DNA of 64,000 nt from a virus (Duplodnaviria > Caudoviricetes): positions 32,001-96,000 of the IMG/VR virus record IMGVR_UViG_3300014208_000023; one strand, written 5' to 3'. The translations under genes and the position numbers were made by a program. The notes below the pieces were generated by a model. The model was not told the origin of the DNA. It searched no databases and was given only the letters and a program-made list of their open reading frames with translations. This document shows, piece after piece, positions 31,732 to 40,037 of this stretch; position 1 is the first letter of the stretch, and every line of letters begins with the position of its first letter.

Positions 31732-32466
31732 GTCTATGTCAGAAGTACGGCTTAGGCTTCTTACCTTTGCCGAGGTTGATGTTCTGGATGAGAAGCTCCT
31801 TAGCCGCCTCATCCAACTGAGAGGTGTCGAGAGGAAACTCCCCCTTGTACGGGGGAGAATGCTCCTCGGTCTCGTGCTCCTCATCGGGATCGAACCTACG
31901 CGACTTGCCCACTTCTACTTCGCCTTTCTACGTAAGAGTACGAACGTTCCCAGGAGTAGCAGACCAACACATCCAAACGGTTGCGGCGGCTTGCTTGACC
32001 TTGGAACAATCAGGGATTCGGTTATTGTGGAGAACCGATCGAGCCATTGCGGCGATCAGTAGGTCTCCAATCGTGGACGAGCACATCATGCTAGCATCCA
32101 CGATAGCAGTTTGTCAACCAAGAAGTCACTCTTGGACCTACAGCGCGGATCGTACTGAGGCTTGTAAACCACAACCAATCCGCACGGGTCTTCCAAGCAA
32201 CCCTCGGGAATCCACGCCCACGACCAGCAGCGGCGAATGTCAGGTGTGGTTGAACATTCGCCGGCTTCGACTAGGGAAGCCAATTCGTCCTCGGAAGGAA
32301 GACGACGTTGGGGGAATGGGGGAAACCCATACCCTCACGCTGGAAGGGGTCGGCGGCAACAAGAGCCGCTTTCAGATCCTTGACCTTGACCATACCAAGC
32401 TCTGCCTTGTGCTGAGCGTGGAACGGGCAAGTGTGCTGTCTGCAATCGTGATCCATATGTGTGGAT

Positions 32467-32612
32467 CCTCCTCCGTCTCAACTAGATACGACCGGGAGCC
32501 TTTCTAGAATGCTCCTAATACTGGGGGAAAGTCTGGCAGTTGGGTTAGTGTCCAGTAAGTCCCCTGTATGTAGTTGAGACGGAGAGGGATGAGGGATTGG
32601 TTAGATCCCTCC
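32467..32612 (-). repeat. Intergenic long-stem element covering the RBS, plus hairpin
   Basis: Arms 32467-32489 / 32566-32588. Confidence 0.7.
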
Positions 32613-32796
32613 TCACCTACTCACGGCTTCGGAATCTCCAATGACTTGATCCTCTCACCAGAGGTAGTCATGGAATGAGAAGTGTCAACCTTGCCGTTCT
32701 CGATTACCCTAGACACCCAAAGATCCGCATCCGGGTAATAAGGACAGTGAGAAACAACGACGTAGACCGTGGAGTGTTCCCGAAAGAACTTCCCGA

Positions 32797-32994
32797 TCAT
32801 TCGACGTGCGCGATCTGAAAGACCTCTTCGGTCTCTCCGTCAACAAGCAACTCCTTCACCTTGTACGTGTGAAAGAGATGCTCACACTGAATAGCCGGGA
32901 GAAAGTCTCTCTCGACTTCAGCAAGATCCTTGGCCCGTACGATCCTGACTTCCAGGGCGCACGGACCTTTGGCAGTGAGAACGAACAACGCCAT
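32797..32994 (-). CDS. Hypothetical protein
   Basis: GAGGAGGT RBS 6 nt before ATG. Confidence 0.75.
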   Translation of the reverse strand: MALFVLTAKGPCALEVRIVRAKDLAEVERDFLPAIQCEHLFHTYKVKELLVDGETEEVFQIAHVE

Positions 32995-33000
32995 GATGTT

Positions 33001-33123
33001 ACCTCCTCGCTATTACCTCTATCCGCAAGGGGTATTAGCTACCCCATCACCGCCCAGCTTTCTAGGACATAGTGGCATCTAGAAGTAATAGCGAGAAGGT
33101 AGAAAGGCTATGGCCCTTCCACC
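33001..33123 (-). repeat. Intergenic long-stem element covering the RBS, plus hairpin
   Basis: Arms 33001-33021 / 33080-33100, both mismatches G-U on the minus strand. Confidence 0.75.
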
Positions 33124-33227
33124 TATCTCCGAATGAGAGTAGGGCCGCGTTGGTTAGCGGGCGGTCTCATTCCCTGGTAGTGAGAGTGTAGGGAGCGGCG
33201 GCCCCCTACACTTTAGGCTGCGATGAT

Positions 33228-33797
33228 TCACGCCGACTTCCTCTTCTGAGAATTGCTCTCAGTGAGCCAAGCCGGACGGGGCTTCGACTTGTAGGCTTCC
33301 AACCTCGCAAGTCTGGCTTTGCGGGTCTCCTCGCTTTCCATCTTGGCGAAAGCTTCCGCTTCCAAGGTCGGAGAGACCGGGGGCGGGGTCATGGGCTTGT
33401 CGAGAGCAGGCGGCGGAATGAACCGCGCTTGCTCCCGAACAACCGGAACGAACGTGTGAGGAGCGCGAACAACCTCGCGCTCCTTCTTCGCGAGCTTGGT
33501 AGCCTCGCGCTTCGCCGTGGCCGATGCTTTCTTGGCATCGACCTTGGAACGCTCCTCCGGCGAGAGAGCGTTGTAAGCGGCGACCTTGGCTCGCTTCCGA
33601 GTCTTGATCGCTCGCTTCTCGGCGTACTCGGCCGCCAGCGCCTTCCGCTCCTCGTGAGAGAGGCGGATCTGCTGGCCGGTTGCGAAGTCCCGTCGGTAGT
33701 ACGGGATTCCCATCGGCAACTTCGGCTCGCTCGGTCCCTCGGGCACGACTGCAACCGCGAACGGTAGCTGAAACCTCGGATGCGTTCCGATATTCAC
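33228..33797 (-). CDS. Basic Ala/Lys/Arg/Pro-rich hypothetical protein, first gene of the left block
   Basis: AGGAGG RBS + GTG; biased codon usage. Confidence 0.8.
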   Translation of the reverse strand: MNIGTHPRFQLPFAVAVVPEGPSEPKLPMGIPYYRRDFATGQQIRLSHEERKALAAEYAEKRAIKTRKRAKVAAYNALSPEERSKVDAKKASATAKREATKLAKKEREVVRAPHTFVPVVREQARFIPPPALDKPMTPPPVSPTLEAEAFAKMESEETRKARLARLEAYKSKPRPAWLTESNSQKRKSA

Positions 33798-33827
33798 TTG
33801 AGCCTCCTAGCAATTAGGTTTGACCAC

Positions 33828-33937
33828 CTATCTCTACCGGTAATAGAGGAGAATTGACTTATTGCCGCTACAAGAGACGGCATCCTTTATTACCAGTAGA
33901 GATAGAAGGGAGAGTCACACTGCCAATGTGACCCTCA
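33828..33937 (-). repeat. Intergenic long-stem element plus hairpin
   Basis: Arms 33828-33850 / 33883-33905, hairpin 33905-33937. Confidence 0.7.
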
Positions 33938-33939
33938 CC

Positions 33940-34730
33940 TCCTACCCTTCGGGACCACTTATCTACGACGCCTTACGTCTCTCGCACCTCAGTCTCACCG
34001 AACCTAACGACTAGCCTGTAAAGCCAATCTGTCAGCTATCGCCTCACGTCTTCCCGGTACTAGATTAGCCATCCCAAGGGCGGCCCACCATTCCCAGGCA
34101 TGTAGACATTACTACGATTGCCTTTCTTAGATTCAGGAAACCTTGGATAGAAAGCACGTTGCCTCCGTCCTTAGCATCCCAGCGTAATCCGGCTCCAATC
34201 CTCCTATTGAAGCCTACGTATGGCGGTTTCTTAGACCTAGACCATCCCACTAGCTTGCTACTCATCCCTTGATTGTCCTATCGGATTGACTATTCAGCGC
34301 GGTACCTCTAAGGCCAGCGAGCTTGTCAGGCTCACACTCCAAAGACGCACGTTGCTTAGGCGATCCACCTTTCGGTGGCTGTCGAAAGTCTCCTCAGTCT
34401 AGCTACTCCTCTAGTCGCGCCGGCCGTTCCCTTGGAAACGGTTAGCACCTATTGGAGCCTTTGAAAGATTCAACTTTCCTGGCCTTAGTTCGCGATAGGA
34501 TCGAAAGGACCCCTTGCTTACTAGCGTTCGGTGCCGGGAACGGTTCCGGCGCAGTTTCATTGCTTGCTAGTAGGAAGCCCCTACTAGTCCGAGCGATATA
34601 TCCTCCGCTACCCGACTTTACGGGTAGTTACGGATTATGGCTGTATCGGGATAAACCCCACTACCCGTTAGGGTAGCCGCCACCGCTAGCAATGCTTTTC
34701 ACGGGAGTTTCGGCCCCGTGTTCCCGTCTC
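33940..34730 (-). ncRNA. Large (~800 nt) structured non-coding RNA candidate
   Basis: Directly downstream of a consensus promoter, no credible ORF, many hairpins and perfect long-range helices. Confidence 0.7.
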
Positions 34731-34734
34731 AACT

Positions 34735-34763
34735 AACCTAGCACCTACGCGCTAGGCTGTCAA
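34735..34763 (-). promoter_or_regulatory. Sigma70-type promoter of the large ncRNA
   Basis: TTGACA-17 nt-TAGGTT with TG just upstream of -10. Confidence 0.75.
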
Positions 34764-34798
34764 GGTATGTTTAGACGTTTGAAAGTGTCGCCTTACGC

Positions 34799-34961
34799 GC
34801 TTTCCCTTTCTTCCGTCTCGCCGTTCACTCTAGCAGTGTTTGCTTTAGTGTCCAGCGGGTTTCGGAAGATTGTTTCGGCGCTACCTGCTTTCCTTTCTTC
34901 CGTCTCGCCGTTCACTCTAGCAGTGTTTGCTTTAGCGTCCAGCGGTTTCGGAAGATTGTTT
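34799..34961. repeat. Two ~75-bp near-identical direct repeats
   Basis: 34799-34875 and 34887-34961 (core CTTTCTTCCGTCTCGCCGTTCACTCTAGCAGTGTTTGCTTTAG). Confidence 0.95.
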
Positions 34962-35113
34962 AGCAGGTTTCGGCTTTGGTTCCTTTCTGGTAGCGACTCG
35001 ATAGCAGGTAATGCACGACCCTTGCCAACCTTGACCGGCCCTATCAATCTGCTAACTATGCGACATTGCTAGGCTATTCGGTTTCCGCTGCTACTGGAAT
35101 TGGGGTGGTGGGG

Positions 35114-35374
35114 ATTACTGCCACGGAAGTTTTTTTTATTATCTGTAACCTATTAGAATCATTACGGAAAAGTATCTTGTGTCAGAATTGTATCATTGGG
35201 ATCAATTGCTACAGTCGATTACAGTGCCAGCGGATAATTACAGTGCCAACGGAATTCGCCGTTCCCGTAGGGTGTGAGGGCTGCCGCCCCCAGGCGGCCT
35301 CCCCTACTCACAGAAACGAACAAGAATGATACGGTTAGGATACGGTTAGGATACGGTTGGACGGTTGGATGGTT
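35114..35374. repeat. Iteron-like and short tandem repeats
   Basis: ATTACAGTGCCA(G/A)CGGA at 35218 and 35237, variants at 35114 and 35161; GATACGGTTAG tandem decay series 35328-35374. Confidence 0.85.
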
Positions 35375-35393
35375 CGTATGCGGCTGGGATAGA

Positions 35394-35672
35394 CTATCTC
35401 AACCTATAAGACCCAAACTGCTTAATCGTCTTTCTTCTATGACAATTAGCACATCTCATCTGACATTGAGCTATTTCTGCCACTAACCTATCTAACGAAC
35501 AGTTATTGGTTATAAGCCTATTGATACCATAGGACTTCCTGCCTACGTGGTCAAACTCTAATACTACCGGATCATTCTCTCCGCAATCTACACATGGATT
35601 ACTTAATAGATATCGATATACGTATTCTCTTTTTATATCAGTTCTTCTTTTATCACCAATCTTGTCAGCCAT
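35394..35672 (-). CDS. Small HNH endonuclease
   Basis: PCVDCG..LEFDH...CQMRCANCHRRKT. Confidence 0.9.
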   Translation of the reverse strand: MADKIGDKRRTDIKREYVYRYLLSNPCVDCGENDPVVLEFDHVGRKSYGINRLITNNCSLDRLVAEIAQCQMRCANCHRRKTIKQFGSYRLR

Positions 35673-35693
35673 ACGTTAGATATATCCTATCCT

Positions 35694-36323
35694 ATGCAAC
35701 ACCAACTACTAGACATATTCCAGTTCGATAATGTAGATCCAGGACTGACTCCAAAGTATTACTCCGCCGATAATAAGAAACACGACATTCTAGTTATGAA
35801 CGGAGATGGTTCATTTCAAAAAGGAAAGCTTGGAGTAACACCTGACACTGGTATTCAGATTCCTCTCTTTCCTATGAGCGAACCCTGGAAACTATCTCAC
35901 AAGACTCCTCAGGGAATGCAATCACTACTTGAAACCTTCATTAGTTCTTTTCTTGGTCAGATAGAGCCTATAATGATAGACTCAATATTAGAGATTAAGA
36001 GCTACATTAACAATAACGGCCATATAGTAGCTGGAACTGCCATTAGGAATGCTGAGGGTATGGAACAGATATGTCGTGGCTACACCAATATCTATGAGCT
36101 CGTTAATAAGGCAGAGGCTAGCAATACCATTAATGACAGAAGATGTGTCTTTCTTAAGTCTATGGACCCCTATACAATAATGATTTGCCCGGAACCAGAA
36201 GAAACCGGGATATTCAGCTATATGGGCCATGTTCAACCAGGAACCAATAATGTTACTAATAGAGAAATTGGCTTCTTTTTATTACCGAAAGATATTAAAG
36301 TATTTAAACTCCAGGTAGCGTGA
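35694..36323 (+). CDS. Divergent major-capsid-protein-like paralog
   Basis: D-PG..P.Y..D, IPLF and ICPEPEETG segments recall a large-phage HK97-fold MCP family; paralog of 39389-39991. Confidence 0.45.
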   Translation: MQHQLLDIFQFDNVDPGLTPKYYSADNKKHDILVMNGDGSFQKGKLGVTPDTGIQIPLFPMSEPWKLSHKTPQGMQSLLETFISSFLGQIEPIMIDSILEIKSYINNNGHIVAGTAIRNAEGMEQICRGYTNIYELVNKAEASNTINDRRCVFLKSMDPYTIMICPEPEETGIFSYMGHVQPGTNNVTNREIGFFLLPKDIKVFKLQVA

Positions 36324-37026
36324 GTTGTCTTGGATCTGGAATAGGCATTAGGTTAAGTTTCTGCTTAATCTTCTGAACTTGATCTTGCCAAAAAACGATA
36401 CCCTTCTCTATTTCATTTTGAGTAAGCTCTCTGGTGTTATCCTCATTAAAAATTGGCTTCTTAAGAGACAAAGCCTGGCGATGTTCTAAAAGCTTCTGTT
36501 CTGCTTCCTTAAGAGAGAATTTGAGATAAAGAGTTCTATTATGCTCCTTCTTATCGCTTGGAGATAGAAGATTAACCCTATTATATTCGAAATGGTCAGA
36601 AGGCTCATAGGTATATCCCAAAGACTCACCATACTTAATAGCCTCGGCCTTAAGAAGAGATCCAAAATTAAAACGCCGATAATTAGGATCGACGAATAAA
36701 TCTACCATAAACAAAGGATCGGGCTTATCTGTTTCCTTTCCTAATAGAGCCCATCCAACGATCTTGGGCTTATTGCTCTTACCTTCTATAGTTAAAACTA
36801 CGGCAGAAAAGGAATAATCGAACTTATGGCCATCATTGGAAGAATCTCTCAGCCTTGAGATGGCTATATCCATATCCGATCCAGACCCCTTACCATTAGA
36901 AAGGGCGTGAAGTCTAGGCAGTATGACCTTAGGAATCTCTATATAGTAATGAAGCTTATGCTTAGGGGCGAATAGGTTAGTTTGCTGGGATAGCCTGAGA
37001 AAAGTATCTGCTAGTTTATTAAGCAT
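36304..37026 (-). CDS. GNAT-like acetyltransferase domain protein with N-terminal LNKLADTF motif
   Basis: IVGWALL..LFVDPNYRRFNFGSLL (GNAT motif A). Confidence 0.65.
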   Translation of the reverse strand: MLNKLADTFLRLSQQTNLFAPKHKLHYYIEIPKVILPRLHALSNGKGSGSDMDIAISRLRDSSNDGHKFDYSFSAVVLTIEGKSNKPKIVGWALLGKETDKPDPLFMVDLFVDPNYRRFNFGSLLKAEAIKYGESLGYTYEPSDHFEYNRVNLLSPSDKKEHNRTLYLKFSLKEAEQKLLEHRQALSLKKPIFNEDNTRELTQNEIEKGIVFWQDQVQKIKQKLNLMPIPDPRQLTLPGV

Positions 37027-37041
37027 TTTTATTAAGCATTT

Positions 37042-37674
37042 TTATTTGGTTATAACTTTTCTGCTCTTACCCGGCCCAACTATAACTAGTATATCACCCA
37101 TCATTGTTTGCTTAAGATTAACGAACAGATCCTTTATTCTCCAATGAGTTTCGTGCTTGGTATCATTATGCATTACCGGGAAAGACTTAGTATAATTAGA
37201 TAGTATCTTCTTGATTTCATTATAATCCGCGGAAAGAACATCAGTGATTGAAATATCGTAATCTCCATTGGTTTCCGTAAGATCGTTAATCTCTGAAGGA
37301 GCATAATCTATTAACAATGACCTAATATCTTCTATTACCTTCCTGCTTCTTATGAAAGGATCCTGGGGGTCTCTTTTAGGCGGCGGAACCAGAGAAAGAT
37401 GCCTCGGCTTATCATCGGCATCCATATCATCAACATCATTTTCAATAGCCTCAAGCTTATCATAATACTTCGGATCCTCGGTAAGATGATCCATAGCTAT
37501 TTCAAGCTGCATATGAGGATTATTGGTGTGCTCGGATTCTATCTTCTGACCCTTAAGTAGTGAGTGGCTATCGAACTCGGATGGGTCTCTCTTATCTGCT
37601 AAGCCACCAGGAATCTTATCTTTCCAAGATAGAGTCTCCAATTCAAAAAGAGTTGCTAGTGTAAATAGTCTCAT
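37042..37674 (-). CDS. DUF5661-like domain protein
   Basis: GQKIESEHT...EIAMDHLTEDPKYYDKL; N-terminal LFTLATLF. Confidence 0.75.
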   Translation of the reverse strand: MRLFTLATLFELETLSWKDKIPGGLADKRDPSEFDSHSLLKGQKIESEHTNNPHMQLEIAMDHLTEDPKYYDKLEAIENDVDDMDADDKPRHLSLVPPPKRDPQDPFIRSRKVIEDIRSLLIDYAPSEINDLTETNGDYDISITDVLSADYNEIKKILSNYTKSFPVMHNDTKHETHWRIKDLFVNLKQTMMGDILVIVGPGKSRKVITK

Positions 37675-38141
37675 AGCGAAGTTGTTTCCTTATGTTTCTT
37701 GGATTCGGAATGAGAAGTAGTTATATGAACCTTAATCTCTTTATTGGCCATAACCAGAGAAATGGCGTGATCTGGGTAATAGAATACCATCTTCTCTCCG
37801 GTATCTATCTTATGTTTTGTATTGAAGGTAGATTGGATAAACTGGGCTAATTTGCGATAAAGATGAAAGGAATTGGCGGAAGCGGTAATGATTGAAAACT
37901 GGTAATCAAACCGGCCTTGCTTGTGTAGCTTGGAAACATCATCTCCAAAGTTACGATCTATTATTTGATAAGCAAAAGTATAGATTGAGTTTATTATAGC
38001 CTTTGTCTCCGGGAACTTCGGTAATATGGCCGTAGGAGATTTTTCAGTCTCTGGGAACCTTTCCGTAGTTGCGGGTTGATCCTTGTTCTCCGCTTCCTTA
38101 GCGAAGGATTCTGCCAGAGCAATAAGATCCATAATCTTCAT
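37671..38141 (-). CDS. Hypothetical protein with N-terminal LIALAESF motif
   Basis: Clean ORF, 4-nt overlap with the next gene. Confidence 0.75.
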   Translation of the reverse strand: MKIMDLIALAESFAKEAENKDQPATTERFPETEKSPTAILPKFPETKAIINSIYTFAYQIIDRNFGDDVSKLHKQGRFDYQFSIITASANSFHLYRKLAQFIQSTFNTKHKIDTGEKMVFYYPDHAISLVMANKEIKVHITTSHSESKKHKETTSL

Positions 38142-38250
38142 ATAGATATGCTAAATTATAATCAATCCTGACAATCATTTAACAACCTATTGATTCCTGT
38201 TATAATAGCAGCCAGAAAGAACAATCCAATGGAGATAAAGATTAATATAT

Positions 38251-38472
38251 TCATAGTGTAGTTATATCGGGAAATCTAGTCCAAAGCCAATCTTTATCCC
38301 AAGTTTCTATTGAGCTATGGTCAGTGAATGAAGTATCGATAGACCAATCATTCTTTGTTTCAACATGTCCAGTGCCGGCTTCGTATTGAAAGCGACCAAG
38401 TATAGACGGCCTGAGGATTATTATATTGGCCCTCTTATATATTAAATGTCGGGGATCGGTTTTAATCCACAT
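38251..38472 (-). CDS. Trp-rich hypothetical protein
   Basis: GAGG/AAAG RBS, clean ORF. Confidence 0.6.
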   Translation of the reverse strand: MWIKTDPRHLIYKRANIIILRPSILGRFQYEAGTGHVETKNDWSIDTSFTDHSSIETWDKDWLWTRFPDITTL

Positions 38473-38745
38473 TATCTTCTTTCCTCTCTTGAGATATATC
38501 TAATCAGCAAACCAATGGCTATCATAATACATAGTCCGGCAACCTCTCCAATACTCATAAATCAGTCTATATCATAGGTCTTTCTAGTTTGAATTCAGAA
38601 GAGATTATGATTAGATTGAGGGGAATGGCAAAGAGGTTATAGTCTAATTGTAGGCTTTATACTGTCAGGGTCTGGAGGGCATATAAAATGGGGTCCGATC
38701 GGAAATCTACAACGGTAATGTCCGTATTCAGCGGTATCTATCAGA

Positions 38746-39309
38746 TCACTTATAATCTTCAAGCTTAATGTTCTTAAGCTTTCCTACAACATCCTCAAGC
38801 TGGCCAACCCTATCCTTATCCTTGAAGCTGGCCGGCCCTTCATCCGAAGCCTTGCGCGTAAAATCTAAAGTTTTATTAACACGAACATCATATTCATAAT
38901 CATCATTTGGTGGTGCCGTCTTAAGCTTACTATAGCTGGACACATCTTCCTGATGAAGCGTATCGTATTTAAAACTTTCCAAAGTTTCGGCGCCTGATTG
39001 AGTAATGACAAAACGCTCCGGAAACTTGCGTTTAGATGGTACATGTGTTCTCTCGCGTAGTCTGGTCGGATCTCCGAGCCTATTTCTTTCGACATCTTGC
39101 GTAACTCCATGATTCTCTGGAACCAAGTCCAATTCTCCCCAACGCTGTAGTCTTGAGGCAATATTCCATTCTTCATCAGTTAAATCGCTAGTGGCCACAT
39201 ATCCCATTGGACTGTTATTGATTTTATTAAGCAACTTAAGCTCTGCCTTGGGGTCTCTGGTAGATTGGGAAACCACATAAAATTGGTGAGCAAGCTTGTA
39301 TAGGTTCAT
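38746..39309 (-). CDS. Hypothetical protein with N-terminal LYKLAHQF motif
   Basis: Clean 187-aa ORF. Confidence 0.75.
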   Translation of the reverse strand: MNLYKLAHQFYVVSQSTRDPKAELKLLNKINNSPMGYVATSDLTDEEWNIASRLQRWGELDLVPENHGVTQDVERNRLGDPTRLRERTHVPSKRKFPERFVITQSGAETLESFKYDTLHQEDVSSYSKLKTAPPNDDYEYDVRVNKTLDFTRKASDEGPASFKDKDRVGQLEDVVGKLKNIKLEDYK

Positions 39310-39388
39310 AGTATAATGCCATTAGAGGAATTGATTATTTGATATTTTTTATGGCCATCATAGTGAGCTTCTTGATATATAAAGAGTT

Positions 39389-39991
39389 ATGCCTGCCGAA
39401 ATTATAGAAATTCTCCATAAGGATATTTTGCCTATAAACCTACCTCCCATTTATGAGATGAGGGATGGTAATGGTAACGCGGCGGGCTTCGAAGGTCTTT
39501 TCTATCGCAGAGGGCTTACTCCAAGAGAGTATAAGTCATTGCCGGGCGAACAACTTGAAGTGCCACTAGTCAATTTAACCAGACCGGCCCATGGCTATGA
39601 GTCATATCTTCCAGAAGTTAAAGATGAAATTGAAACGTTTGTTAATGAATGTGTTTCAATTCTTCCCTATGCTCAATTGAGTATTAAGGAGGCCCTAACT
39701 AGCGCAGACGTTTTCTTTCAGGATAGGGGAACGTTCATAAAACATATCCTATATTCATCCGACCTTACGGAAGAGCTTTCTCCAGTTTTTAGTTATGTCC
39801 TTAAGTCCCAGTGCATAAAGCTTAAAGACAAGAAGCGAACATTGGTTATATTGCCGGAGCCCGTTTGTGCTGGCACCATAGCCATTAAGGAGGCCCTGGC
39901 TAGTTATGGTCCAACTTCTGAACCACTAGACAAAACTAGATTTGGAATGATGATATCCAGTGTGTATTGGTGCGTCAATGAAGTCCCCTAA
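39389..39991 (+). CDS. Divergent major-capsid-protein-like paralog
   Basis: ILPINLPPIY and LVILPEPVCAG segments; aligns by eye with 35694-36323. Confidence 0.4.
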   Translation: MPAEIIEILHKDILPINLPPIYEMRDGNGNAAGFEGLFYRRGLTPREYKSLPGEQLEVPLVNLTRPAHGYESYLPEVKDEIETFVNECVSILPYAQLSIKEALTSADVFFQDRGTFIKHILYSSDLTEELSPVFSYVLKSQCIKLKDKKRTLVILPEPVCAGTIAIKEALASYGPTSEPLDKTRFGMMISSVYWCVNEVP

Positions 39992-40037
39992 TTTTGCAGT
40001 TAAAGAGTTCGTTAAAGAAGTAGGCGCAATAAGGTAG

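Noticed and set aside
25817-33910. Integron cassette array interpretation of all long-stem elements
   Set aside because: Most lack AAC/GTT cores and extrahelical bases, and their mismatch pattern favours mRNA structure
34065-34265. 66-aa ORF inside the large ncRNA region
   Set aside because: No clear RBS, lacks the codon bias of neighbouring genes and overlaps the long-range helices
34380-34420. CTGAGGA hammerhead-like core inside the large ncRNA
   Set aside because: No proper stem I or stem II can be formed around it
34010-34485. RNase P RNA identity for the large ncRNA (AGGAAAGT...GGCTCCAATAGG and ACAGATTGGCTTTA resemble CR I and CR V)
   Set aside because: The implied P4 has a G-G mismatch, GAAAG is already used in a local hairpin, and CR II-IV are not recognisable. 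Kept only as something cmscan should test.
34799-34961. CRISPR array
   Set aside because: Only two ~75-bp units separated by 11 nt; no repeat-spacer periodicity and no cas genes
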